Origin: an uncultured Alphaproteobacteria bacterium | GTDB lineage: Bacteria; Pseudomonadota; Alphaproteobacteria; Caulobacterales; Hyphomonadaceae | DNA: 64,000 nt | Direction of reading: 5' to 3' | Assembly (NCBI GenBank): GCA_963836905.1 | Contig: CAWIKY010000007.1 | Coordinates: 253,364 to 317,363, forward strand | In this document: positions 46,346 through 55,131 of the stretch, piece after piece | How the letters are laid out: the number at the start of each line of letters is the position of its first letter | How positions within the stretch are numbered: the stretch's first letter is position 1 | Program-made: the position numbers and the translations under genes | The notes under the pieces: generated by a model | The model's database searches: none | Seen by the model: only the letters and a program-made list of their open reading frames with translations | Told to the model about the DNA's origin: nothing

Positions 46346-46909
46346 ATGACCGACAGCATCGGCTATCAGGCGATGACGCAGCGGGCGCTCAAGAGCGTCG
46401 TGCGTGAAGCGCTGGAATTTGCCGCAACGCAGGACCGCCTGCCCGGCGACCATCACTTCTACATCTCGTTCCGCACCGGAGCGCCGGGCGTCGAGATTGC
46501 CGAATACCTGACCAAACAGTTTCCGTTCGACATGACCATCGTGGTGCAGCACCAGTTCTGGGACCTGGAGGTCAAGGACGATCATTTCGAGATCATCCTG
46601 AAATTCTCAGGCGTGCCGCAACACCTGTCGATCCCGTTTGCTGCTGTCACCCGGTTTGCCGATCCTAGCGTCAACTTCGCGCTCAACTTCGAGATCGAGG
46701 ATGCCGCCAGCAGCGCGGCAAAGAAGGGGTCGCACCTGCGGGTTGCGGGCTCTGAAGGCGAGGCGAGCCCCGCCCCTGAAAAAGCGGCCAAAGCTGATGC
46801 GGAAGCACCCGATGCGGATAAAGGTGACGCGGACAACGGTGATGCGGACGAAGGGGACGGAAAGTCCACCGTGGTGCGTCTGGATGCCTTCCGCCGCAAG
46901 ACGCCGTGA
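46346..46909 (+). CDS. sspB: ClpXP adaptor SspB (alphaproteobacterial type)
   Basis: LPGDHHFYISFRTGAPGV and FPFDMTIVVQHQFWDL core, an acidic linker, and a C-terminal ClpX-binding-like tail VVRLDAFRRK. The ATG at 46346 follows GGGGAA. Confidence 0.8.
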   Translation: MTDSIGYQAMTQRALKSVVREALEFAATQDRLPGDHHFYISFRTGAPGVEIAEYLTKQFPFDMTIVVQHQFWDLEVKDDHFEIILKFSGVPQHLSIPFAAVTRFADPSVNFALNFEIEDAASSAAKKGSHLRVAGSEGEASPAPEKAAKADAEAPDADKGDADNGDADEGDGKSTVVRLDAFRRKTP

Positions 46910-47373
46910 GCGGAACAGGACCGACGCACGACTTCGGTGAGCGCATGTCCGACGCCGACATGCTCGCCCGCTTTCAACGCTCCAAAAAACGGCCGCCCTG
47001 TTCGGAAACACTTGGCATGCAGCTTCGCGCTGTTGATCAGGCCAACATGGCCATCACCGTGGATTTTGACGTCAGCCCGTCCTTTGCCAACCCGACAGGG
47101 GCCATACAGGGCGGGTTTATGGCGGCCATGCTCGACGAGGCGATGTCGACGTGCTGCATCATCGCCTCGAACGTAACGATGACCGCGCCGACTCTGGAAA
47201 TGAAGATCAGCTTTCTCAAAGCCCTGTTTCCGGGTCCGGCCAGCGTGGAAGCGCGTATTGTGAAACTGGGCAAGACCATTGCGTTTCTGGAAGGCGATCT
47301 TCTGAACCCGGACGGGGTTCTGGTGGCCAGAGCCAGTGCCACCGCCGCCCCGAAGGCCTTCAAACGGCTTTAG
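46906..47373 (+). CDS. PaaI-family hot-dog thioesterase
   Basis: NPTGAIQGGFMAAMLDEAM motif. The GTG start overlaps the sspB stop (GTGA). Confidence 0.75.
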   Translation: MSGTGPTHDFGERMSDADMLARFQRSKKRPPCSETLGMQLRAVDQANMAITVDFDVSPSFANPTGAIQGGFMAAMLDEAMSTCCIIASNVTMTAPTLEMKISFLKALFPGPASVEARIVKLGKTIAFLEGDLLNPDGVLVARASATAAPKAFKRL

Positions 47374-47375
47374 GG

Positions 47376-47658
47376 ATTGGGGTTGTCTCGACTTTGCGTC
47401 ATCCCGGGTAAGCGCAAGCTCGACCCTGGATCCGGTATTTCGGGGTACCGGTTGCTGACGACATCCAGAAGTGCGTCCGGGCCTGGTTCCGACCTTTCGA
47501 CAGGCTCAAGGACGAAGTGGTGAACGCTTTCACATTGAGCGTGTCGAAATGCGAAAGCGTGGGCTTAAATCGGCCCCACCCCCGGCCCCTCCCCGCAAGC
47601 GAGGAGAGGAGCTTGCTATCGGCTGGACATTGCCGCCTTCACCAAAAGGCTCGACCCC
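47376..47658. repeat. intergenic mosaic of short palindromic repeat modules
   Basis: Contains GTCATCCCGGG...CCCTGGATCC (47398-47434), TTCGACAGGCTCAAGGACGAAG (47496-47517), and CCCCTCCCC/GCAAGC-N10-GCTTGC (47588-47616). Related modules recur at 51.7, 53.0 and 56.8 kb. Confidence 0.6.
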
Positions 47659-49935
47659 CTACTCCGCTGCCGGTTCTTCGCGCGAAAAGTCGATTTCATC
47701 CGTCAACCCGACGGCGGCCAGGGCGAAGGCGTATTCTATGGCGGTTTCCTTCAGTCCCTCGAACCGGCCCGATGCGCCGCCATGCCCGGCATCCATGTTG
47801 ATGCGCATGAAGTAGGGGCCGGCTTCCGGTGCTTCATGGCGCAGTTTCGCCGTCCACTTGGCCGGTTCCCAATAGGTTACGCGCGGGTCTGTCAGACCAC
47901 CCGTGATCAGCATGGCCGGATAGGGCTTGTCGCCCACCTGATCGTACGGCGAGTAGGCGAGGATGGTGTCATAGTCGGTCTCGCTGGTCAGCGGATTGCC
48001 CCATTCGGGCCATTCCGGCGGCGTCAGCGGAAGCGTATCGTCCGACATGGTGTTGAGCACATCGACGAATGGAACGGCCGCGATCAACCCGCCAAACAGT
48101 TCCGGATCGAGATTGGCGGCGGCGCCCATCAGCAGACCACCGGCAGAACCGCCCTGCCCGACGACGCGGCCTTCGCTGCCATAGCCATTCTCGACAAGGA
48201 AGCGTCCGGCATCGACATAGTCGGTGAAGGTGTTGGGTTTCTTGTCCAGCTTGCCGTCCAGATACCACTGGTACCCCTTGGCTTTCGAGCCACGAATGTG
48301 CGCGATGGCGTAGATGAAGCCGCGATCCACCAGCGACAGGCGCGAGGTGCGGAAATCCGCCGGAATGGTGATGCCGTAGGAGCCATAGCCGTAGAGCAGC
48401 AGCGGTGCGCTGCCGTCGACCGGCGTATCAGCCCGGCGCAGGATGGTGACGGGGATCGTCTCGCCATCGCGCGCGGTCGCCATCAGACGTTCTGCGACAT
48501 AGGCCTCAGGGTCATGACCGGACGGCACTTCGCGGGTCTTGCGCAAGACCCGTTCCTTCGTCGCCATGTCATAGTCGAACACCTGATCAGGCGTCGTTGG
48601 AGAGGCATAGTCGAAGCGCATGATGGTGGTGTCGTATTCATAGCCACCATCGAGACCAGTGTCATAGACCGCTTCATCGAAGGCGATCTCATGCTCGGTT
48701 CCGTCCTCGCGGGCACGGATGACGACATGCGGCAGGCCCTCCTGGCGTTCCATCCGCACAAGGTAATTCTTGTAGGCATCCATGCCGAGAATGAGCGTAC
48801 CCGGACGGTGCGGAACAACATCGGTCCAGTTCTCACGGCCCGTTGCATCCACCGGGGTCTTGACGATCTTGAAGTCGACCGCGTCATCCGCGTTCGTCAT
48901 GATGTAGAACTCGCCGTCAAAGTCGGAGACCGAATACTCGACACCTTCTTCGCGCGGCGCGATCACCTTCAGCTGCGGGTCCACGGCATCAGCCGGGAAA
49001 TAGAGGACCTCGCTGGTCGTGTGGCCGCCTGTGGCGATGAAGATGTAGTCGCCGGAATCGCTCTCGGAGATATTCACGAAGAAGCCCGGATCTTTCTCCT
49101 CGTAGACGAGCGTATCGACGCCGGTCTCCAGAACACGCTGATGCACCGCCGAGGGGCGCCCGTTATCATCGCGCTCGATCCAGAAGATCACGTCCGAGTT
49201 TGCACCCCAGACAAAATCGCCGGTCGTGCTGGTGATGGGCTCGCCGAGCGTTTCGCCGGTGGCGATATCGCGCACGGAAACCTCGTAAATCTCCGAACCC
49301 TTGTCATCGACCGAAATCGCCAGACGCTTGTGATCGCGCGAATGGGCGACATTGCCCGTGTCGAAATAGGCCTCGCCTTCGCCTTCGGCATCGCCGTCGA
49401 AGAGGATTTCCGCCTCGGCGGTATCATCGAACGCGGCATTGGCCGGTTTGCGCGCAAAGACCGGATACTCGCCGCCCGTGCGGTAGAAGGTGTAATAGGC
49501 ATACGGCCCGTCCACGGCGGGCACCGAGCTGTCATCTTCCTTGATGCGTCCGCGCATTTCGGTGAACAGCGTTTCGCGCAGCGCTTCGGTCGGGGCTTCG
49601 AGCCTTGCCTTTGTGTAGGCGTTTTCGGCTTCCAGATAGGTCCGGATATCCGCATCGAGGACAGACGGGTCTTTCATGACCGCTTGCCAATTCTCGTCTT
49701 TCAGCCAGGCATAGGCATCGGTGCGGCTGCGCCCGACCTGTTCTGTGGTCTTGTCGATGCGCTTCGCTACGGGCGGTGTGGGCTTTGTCATGGGGCTCCG
49801 GTCTGTCGGGGATGCGGCAGGGGCGGCCTGCTGTGCGTATGCGGGAAGGGCCGTTGCCAGTGCCAGTGTTCCGGCAGCAAGAAGGACGTGCGCTTGAAGG
49901 TCATGTGGCAGGCTCCATTGGGATTTGCGCCACAT
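47659..49935 (-). CDS. S9 family serine peptidase, oligopeptidase B-like, with signal peptide
   Basis: GGSAGGLLMG nucleophile elbow and a C-terminal D...H (MDAGHGG). Signal-like N-terminus ...LALATALPAYAQQ from the ATG at 49935. The ORF-track TTG at 49974 is less likely. Confidence 0.85.
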   Translation of the reverse strand: MWRKSQWSLPHDLQAHVLLAAGTLALATALPAYAQQAAPAASPTDRSPMTKPTPPVAKRIDKTTEQVGRSRTDAYAWLKDENWQAVMKDPSVLDADIRTYLEAENAYTKARLEAPTEALRETLFTEMRGRIKEDDSSVPAVDGPYAYYTFYRTGGEYPVFARKPANAAFDDTAEAEILFDGDAEGEGEAYFDTGNVAHSRDHKRLAISVDDKGSEIYEVSVRDIATGETLGEPITSTTGDFVWGANSDVIFWIERDDNGRPSAVHQRVLETGVDTLVYEEKDPGFFVNISESDSGDYIFIATGGHTTSEVLYFPADAVDPQLKVIAPREEGVEYSVSDFDGEFYIMTNADDAVDFKIVKTPVDATGRENWTDVVPHRPGTLILGMDAYKNYLVRMERQEGLPHVVIRAREDGTEHEIAFDEAVYDTGLDGGYEYDTTIMRFDYASPTTPDQVFDYDMATKERVLRKTREVPSGHDPEAYVAERLMATARDGETIPVTILRRADTPVDGSAPLLLYGYGSYGITIPADFRTSRLSLVDRGFIYAIAHIRGSKAKGYQWYLDGKLDKKPNTFTDYVDAGRFLVENGYGSEGRVVGQGGSAGGLLMGAAANLDPELFGGLIAAVPFVDVLNTMSDDTLPLTPPEWPEWGNPLTSETDYDTILAYSPYDQVGDKPYPAMLITGGLTDPRVTYWEPAKWTAKLRHEAPEAGPYFMRINMDAGHGGASGRFEGLKETAIEYAFALAAVGLTDEIDFSREEPAAE

Positions 49936-50139
49936 TAGTCCGGGCTTGGCCGACACGCCAGTAGGTGGATGCAATACCGCGCGGCGCGGGCTTTTGGGCT
50001 TGAATTGGAGAACGGACTTGATCCTTCGACAAGCCCGTCGAAGGACGTGAGCGAGGGGCCCTACCCTTTGCGTTCGCGGTGAAACGATCTAAACGCGGGC
50101 GTTGATCCAGATAGCTCCGTACCGGAAGGAACACCCTTC

Positions 50140-51540
50140 ATGCTGAAACCCAGCCCGTTCGACCTCGGCCCCGTTCATTTCGTCGGCATCGGCGGCATCG
50201 GCATGTCCGGCATCGCCGAAGTCATGATGAACCTTGGCTACAAGGTTCAGGGGTCGGACATGCGCACCAACGCCAATGTCGAACGGCTCGAAAAGCTCGG
50301 CGCGGTCGTGCACATCGGGCATGCTGCCGAGAATGTGCGCGGCGCAGGAGCGGTGGTGATCTCCTCAGCCATCAAGGGCGGCAACCCCGAGGTGGACACG
50401 GCACGCGCCATGGCCATACCGGTCGTGCGCCGCGCCGACATGCTGGCCGAACTGATCCGCCTGAAATGGAGCATCTCCATCGCCGGCACGCACGGCAAGA
50501 CGACAACCACCTCCATGATTGCGGCCCTGCTCGACGGTGCGGGCGTCGACCCGACCGTCATCAATGGCGGCGTCATCAATGCCTATGGCTCGAACGCAAA
50601 GCTGGGTGAAGGCGACTGGATGGTCGTCGAGGCTGACGAGAGCGACGGCACCTTCACCAAGCTGCGCTCGACCGTGGCGGTCGTCACCAATATCGACCCC
50701 GAGCACATGGACCATTACGGCGACATGGAGACGCTCCGGAAGGCGTTCGACACCTTCGTGGAGAACATCCCATTCTATGGCTTTGCGGTTCTCTGCACCG
50801 ATCACCCCGAAGTGCAGTCACTCGCCGCACGCGTGTCAGACCGTCGCCGCGTCACCTATGGCTTCAACCCGCAGGCAGACGTTCGCGCCACGGACATGAA
50901 GACGTCGCTGGACGGGGTCCGTTTCAATGTCTCGGTGCGATCGCGGATCGGCAATGCGCACCTGATTGAGGACCTGCATCTGCCCATGGCGGGTCGGCAC
51001 AATGTCCAGAACGCTCTGGCAGCGATCAGCGTGGCGCTTGAGCTGGGCGCAGAGCCGAACGCCATCCGCGCTGCGCTGTCACGCTTTGGCGGGGTTAAGC
51101 GGCGGTTCACCGACGCGGGAAAATGGAACGGCGTGCAGATCATCGATGATTACGGGCACCACCCCGTCGAGATCGAAGCGGTGTTAAGGGCCGCGCGAGA
51201 CATGCAGGGCGAGGGACGCGTCATCGCCGTCGTGCAGCCGCATCGCTTTACCCGTCTGCGCGACCTCTTCGACGATTTCTGCACCTGTTTCAATGAAGCC
51301 GACCAAGTGCTCGTCGCGCCCGTTTATGCGGCAGGCGAAACGCCGATTGACGGCATCAGCGAAGTCAGTTTGGCCAAGGGCCTGCTCGAGCACGGGCACC
51401 GGTCAGCGCGGGCCATCGCATCGCTCGACGACCTGCCGGAGGTTATCCGCAAGGAGGCCCGCGACGGCGATATGGTGGTCTGCCTCGGCGCAGGCGACAT
51501 CACCGCGCATGCAAATGCGCTGGTGGAGAAGCTGGGATAG
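50140..51540 (+). CDS. murC: UDP-N-acetylmuramate--L-alanine ligase
   Basis: [30 protein letters not shown], and [10 protein letters not shown]. Confidence 0.95.
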   Translation: MLKPSPFDLGPVHFVGIGGIGMSGIAEVMMNLGYKVQGSDMRTNANVERLEKLGAVVHIGHAAENVRGAGAVVISSAIKGGNPEVDTARAMAIPVVRRADMLAELIRLKWSISIAGTHGKTTTTSMIAALLDGAGVDPTVINGGVINAYGSNAKLGEGDWMVVEADESDGTFTKLRSTVAVVTNIDPEHMDHYGDMETLRKAFDTFVENIPFYGFAVLCTDHPEVQSLAARVSDRRRVTYGFNPQADVRATDMKTSLDGVRFNVSVRSRIGNAHLIEDLHLPMAGRHNVQNALAAISVALELGAEPNAIRAALSRFGGVKRRFTDAGKWNGVQIIDDYGHHPVEIEAVLRAARDMQGEGRVIAVVQPHRFTRLRDLFDDFCTCFNEADQVLVAPVYAAGETPIDGISEVSLAKGLLEHGHRSARAIASLDDLPEVIRKEARDGDMVVCLGAGDITAHANALVEKLG

Positions 51541-51679
51541 GGTTTGTCCAGAATGTGGACATGCCTTTAAAGGAAAAAGTTGGGGAGGCATCGACGCTCA
51601 TTGGCGCCCCAACCACGAGGATGTGATGCCATATGAGAAAGCATGGCAGCTGATCAAAGCGGGTGAATACCGGCGCTGA
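51515..51679 (+). CDS. small low-GC ORF with a C2H2-like CxxC...HxxxxH motif (hypothetical)
   Basis: ...[45 protein letters not shown]. The only in-frame starts (51509, 51515) lie inside the murC 3' end and have no SD. G+C is about 52% over 51541-51679 by my manual count. Confidence 0.3.
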   Translation: MRWWRSWDRVCPECGHAFKGKSWGGIDAHWRPNHEDVMPYEKAWQLIKAGEYRR

Positions 51680-51685
51680 GATGCA

Positions 51686-51960
51686 CCGGCGTTGCTCCCT
51701 CTCCTTCCTGTCCGGAAGGAGAGGGTCGGGGTGAGGATGGGTCTGGCAAGACCGCTTCCCCGGACGAGCAGAGCGACGATCCGGGGCAGCCTAATGACGA
51801 AAGGGAAGCATCGCGCTCTCGCATTTCGACAAGCTCAACGTGAGACCGCTTACAGCCTATCTTCACACTCTCGATGCAACAGTCCGCCGTCCCGTCACCG
51901 GGAAAGAGCCCACTTCCGTGACCTAGGCAATTCCGCTATCCTGAACCTATGGATGCGCGA
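51686..51960. repeat. intergenic mosaic repeat block between murC and murB
   Basis: Perfect 12-bp hairpin CCCTCTCCTTCC-tgtcc-GGAAGGAGAGGG (51697-51725), CCCCGGA-N14-TCCGGGG (51758-51786), and TTCGACAAGCTCAACGTGAG (51825-51846). Confidence 0.55.
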
Positions 51961-52037
51961 ACGATCTCATTTCAGTGCGGCCCGTTGGCCAGCGCTGTTT
52001 CGCCGATGCCGATCTGACCCCGCCGGACTGAGCCCCC

Positions 52038-52956
52038 ATGTCCATTGATATCTCCTCCCTTCCGCCGGTGCGCGGCACGCTTCAGGCCGACGCCCCGCTC
52101 GCGCCCTATACCTGGTTCCGGGTTGGCGGACCTGCCGATGCGCTCTTCCTGCCGGCCGATGAAGACGACCTCGCAGCGTTTCCTGAAAGCCCTGCCGCCT
52201 TTCGTGAACGTCACTCTGCTCGGCGTCGGGTCGAACGTCATCGTGCGGGACGGCGGCATAGAGGGCGTGGTGATCCGGCTGGCGGGGCCCGGCTTTTCGA
52301 AGATTGACTTCAATGGCCAGACGGTCACCGCAGGGGCAGGCGTGCCAGACCAGGTGCTGGCGCGCAAATGTGCCGATGCCGGGCTATCCGGGCTCGAATT
52401 CTTCTCCGGCATACCGGGCACGATCGGCGGCGCGCTGGTAATGAATGCGGGCTGTTATGACAGCGAAACACGGGACGTACTGGTCTCTGCCACAGGCATC
52501 CATCGCAACGGCGAGAGAGAGACGTTCGAGGCCTCCGATTTTCGATATGGCTACCGGACCAGTCATCTCCCGTCAGACATCGTGCTGACCTCGGCAGTCT
52601 TCAAAGGCACGAAAAGCGAGCCGCATCTTATTCGCCAGCAAATCACGGCGTTCAAGGAACGGCGAGAGGCTGCCCAGCCAATCCGCGAACGTACGGGTGG
52701 GTCAACCTTTGCCAATCCTGACCCGCCCGGCACCCCGAACCAGCGCAAGGCGTGGAAGCTGATCGATGCAGCGGGTCTGCGCGGCTACCGGATCGGCGGC
52801 GCGCAGGTTTCGGAAAAGCACTGTAATTTCCTGATTAATACAGGCGATGCGACAGCGGACGACCTGATCCGGCTCGGCGAACATGTGCGGGACCGCGTGA
52901 TGTCGACCGCGCATGTTGATCTACACTGGGAGGTGCGCCGCATTGGGCGGCGCTAG
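52038..52956 (+). pseudogene. murB: UDP-N-acetylenolpyruvoylglucosamine reductase MurB, reading frame broken by a 1-nt insertion near 52179-52183 (probably an assembly artefact)
   Basis: Frame 1 (52038-) gives [48 protein letters not shown]. Frame 2 continues [33 protein letters not shown]...GGSTFANP...GAQVSEKHCNFLIN. Together they form a complete MurB. Confidence 0.85.
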
Positions 52957-53090
52957 GGTTCCCCTGTGCATCTCGGCAGGCCCAATGTCACAGGGTTTTC
53001 AGCGCTCCGGACATCTTCGTCCCTGAGCTTGTCGAAGGGTCGGAAGGTTCTTCCCCTGTGCATCTCGACAGGCCCAATGTTACAAGGGAC
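52957..53090. repeat. two direct copies of a ~37-bp hairpin element flanking a CTTCGTCCCTGAGCTTGTCGAAGG module
   Basis: TTCCCCTGTGCATCTCGGCAGGCCCAATGTCACAGGG (52959-52995) and TTCCCCTGTGCATCTCGACAGGCCCAATGTTACAAGGG (53051-53088). Copy 1 can pair CCCTGTG with CACAGGG, and copy 2 only imperfectly. Confidence 0.6.
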
Positions 53091-53096
53091 TGAGAT

Positions 53097-53879
53097 CTAG
53101 ACGACGCGCTCGACCAGCATCTTCTTGATCTCGCCAATGGCTTTGGCCGGGTTCAGACCCTTTGGGCAGACCTGCGCGCAGTTCATGATCGTGTGGCAGC
53201 GATACAGTTTGAACGGGTCCTCGACATCATCGAGGCGCTCACCGGTATGCTCGTCACGGCTGTCGATCAGCCAGCGATAGGCCTGCAGAAGCGCAGCTGG
53301 CCCCAGATACTTGTCGCCATTCCACCAATAGGATGGGCACGCCGTGGTGCAGCATGCGCAGAGAATGCACTCATAGAGCCCGTCCAGCTTGTCGCGGTCT
53401 TCCTGGCTCTGGATCCATTCCTTTTCCGGGCTTGGTGTCTCGGTTTTCAGATAGGGCTGGATGTAGGCGTGCTGGGCATAGAAGCCGGTCAGGTCAGGCA
53501 CGAGATCCTTGACGACGGGCATGTGCGGCAGTGGCGCGATCGTGATCGTCGACCCGGCCACTTCGTCCCAACCCTTGGTGCACGCAATCGTGTTGCGCCC
53601 GCCAATGTTCATCGAACAGGAGCCGCAAACACCTTCGCGGCAGGAACGCCGGAAGGTCAGCGTCGGATCGATCTTGTTCTTGATGTAGATGAGCACGTCC
53701 AGAACCATCGGACCGCAAGCGTCGGTATCGACCTGAAACGTGTCCCAGCGCGGGTTGCCGATATCTTCCGGGTCATACCGGTAGATCTTGAACGTCTTGA
53801 GGTTCGTCGCGCCTTCCGGCTTCGGCCAGGCCTTGCCCTTGCCGACCTTGGAATTCTTCGGAAGCGTTAGCTCAACCAT
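53097..53879 (-). CDS. sdhB: succinate dehydrogenase iron-sulfur subunit
   Basis: 260 aa starting at the ATG at 53879. Cluster motifs [31 protein letters not shown], and [14 protein letters not shown]. Confidence 0.9.
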   Translation of the reverse strand: MVELTLPKNSKVGKGKAWPKPEGATNLKTFKIYRYDPEDIGNPRWDTFQVDTDACGPMVLDVLIYIKNKIDPTLTFRRSCREGVCGSCSMNIGGRNTIACTKGWDEVAGSTITIAPLPHMPVVKDLVPDLTGFYAQHAYIQPYLKTETPSPEKEWIQSQEDRDKLDGLYECILCACCTTACPSYWWNGDKYLGPAALLQAYRWLIDSRDEHTGERLDDVEDPFKLYRCHTIMNCAQVCPKGLNPAKAIGEIKKMLVERVV

Positions 53880-53977
53880 GATGTGCGGACCCTTTGACTC
53901 TTGCAATCAATCTAGCGATTTGCACCGGGCTGACCAGTGCAGACGCGCCGAACGTACGCAATGCCGCACCGGGCCCG

Positions 53978-54916
53978 TCAGGTAAAGACGGACGCCGTCT
54001 TGTCTGAATCGTCCCAGCGGGGGTCGGTGATGGCCGCACGCGCCGGAACGCCCGCCCACATGTAGTGGAAGACTGCGTTAAAGGCCATGTAGAACCCGTA
54101 GCCGATCAGAACCGGAACCAGGAATCCGAGCGACGTAAACATCGCCATCACTTCGGCCGGATCGTCCATGGCTTCCAGTTGCTCGGAATTTGCCATCATC
54201 CCGGCGCTGGCAGCAACAATCAGGAGCAATTGCAACACGGTCGAAACGATCATGGCGATGATTACAAGCACGAGAAACGCGCCGAACATGGGCCAGAACC
54301 GGCCCTTGGTGGCGCCTGCCGCGCTGAAGAAGCGGATCTTGCGATCACGGATCGTCATGGCCGAAGCGGGGGACAACCTCACCGCCCAATAGAAAAGAAA
54401 CCCGAACGCCAGAAGGCCAAGGATGACACCAGCGAGGATCATCGGGGCGGGATTATCGAACCCGCCTATCGCACCGATGGCGGCAACGCTTCCACCAATC
54501 AGGGCGGCAACAAGGATGTAGGCACCCGTCGCTATCAGCCCCCAGATCAGGGCGACAACGATCAATCGAAACTCGTCGGCCCCGACCCCGATCGTGAAGC
54601 CGGTTCCGCGAACATAGCGGCGCATGATGGAGGCTTCCATCACCGCCCAGAAAAGCATGAAGAGCGGGATTGCGACCGCGTACATCAACAGGATCGGCGC
54701 CATCATGGCGAAGACCTCGTCGGCGTCGCCCGTTTGCGGATCACCCGCAGTTTCCATCAAGCTCAGGAACGCTCCGCCGAACAGGAAGCCTGCCGCAACG
54801 ATCACAAGAAGAATGATGGCGACGTAGACCAGCACGAACTTCCAGAGAAAGCCCTTAGGTCCGTCGACACGAAGAAAGTGCAGAAATGCACTGTCGAATG
54901 AAAATTCCCGGTTCAT
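53978..54916 (-). CDS. hypothetical polytopic membrane protein
   Basis: 312 aa starting at the ATG at 54916 (GGGAGG upstream), with about 7-8 hydrophobic helices. I recognise no family. Confidence 0.55.
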   Translation of the reverse strand: MNREFSFDSAFLHFLRVDGPKGFLWKFVLVYVAIILLVIVAAGFLFGGAFLSLMETAGDPQTGDADEVFAMMAPILLMYAVAIPLFMLFWAVMEASIMRRYVRGTGFTIGVGADEFRLIVVALIWGLIATGAYILVAALIGGSVAAIGAIGGFDNPAPMILAGVILGLLAFGFLFYWAVRLSPASAMTIRDRKIRFFSAAGATKGRFWPMFGAFLVLVIIAMIVSTVLQLLLIVAASAGMMANSEQLEAMDDPAEVMAMFTSLGFLVPVLIGYGFYMAFNAVFHYMWAGVPARAAITDPRWDDSDKTASVFT

Positions 54917-55068
54917 GATAGCCTCCCAGCACCCCGTTTGAGCGGTGAGTATCGTCCAGGCATGCCCGACTTGCAATCAACGCATAGGGTTATGGCGTTG
55001 GCATAGGCGGCCCGGGTGCGCGCCCAACATCAAGGTTCGCCGATCACGTTGGAGAATGATTGGGGGAT

Positions 55069-55111
55069 GGGGCGGCTTTCGTTGGCCTTCGCTCTGAAAG
55101 ACCCCCGCCCC
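55069..55111 (-). terminator. GC-rich extended hairpin downstream of gcvPB (no U tract)
   Basis: GGGGCGG/CCGCCCC outer stem and CTTTC/GAAAG inner stem, 21 nt beyond the gcvPB stop. Confidence 0.3.
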
Positions 55112-55131
55112 TCGCGGGTGCTGCGCTGCCT

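Noticed and set aside
44630-47400. Genomic island integrated at tRNA-Leu
   Set aside because: There is no integrase, no repeat of the tRNA 3' end that I could find by eye, no marked GC change, and the downstream genes (sspB, thioesterase) look like core genes.
47471-47815. ORFs inside repeat blocks (47471-47815, 47517-47801, 51654-51866, 51692-52048, 56755-57039)
   Set aside because: The products are low-complexity Pro/Ser/Arg/Gly strings generated by the palindromic repeats. They have no RBS or homology signal.
52170-52190. Programmed +1 ribosomal frameshift in murB
   Set aside because: No known precedent for murB comes to mind, there is no obvious slippery or stall context, and three other same-sign indels in the window make a technical artefact the simpler explanation.
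52957-53090. Possible CRISPR-like array from the 37-bp direct repeats
   Set aside because: There are only two copies, the spacer is itself another repeat module, and there are no cas genes in the window.
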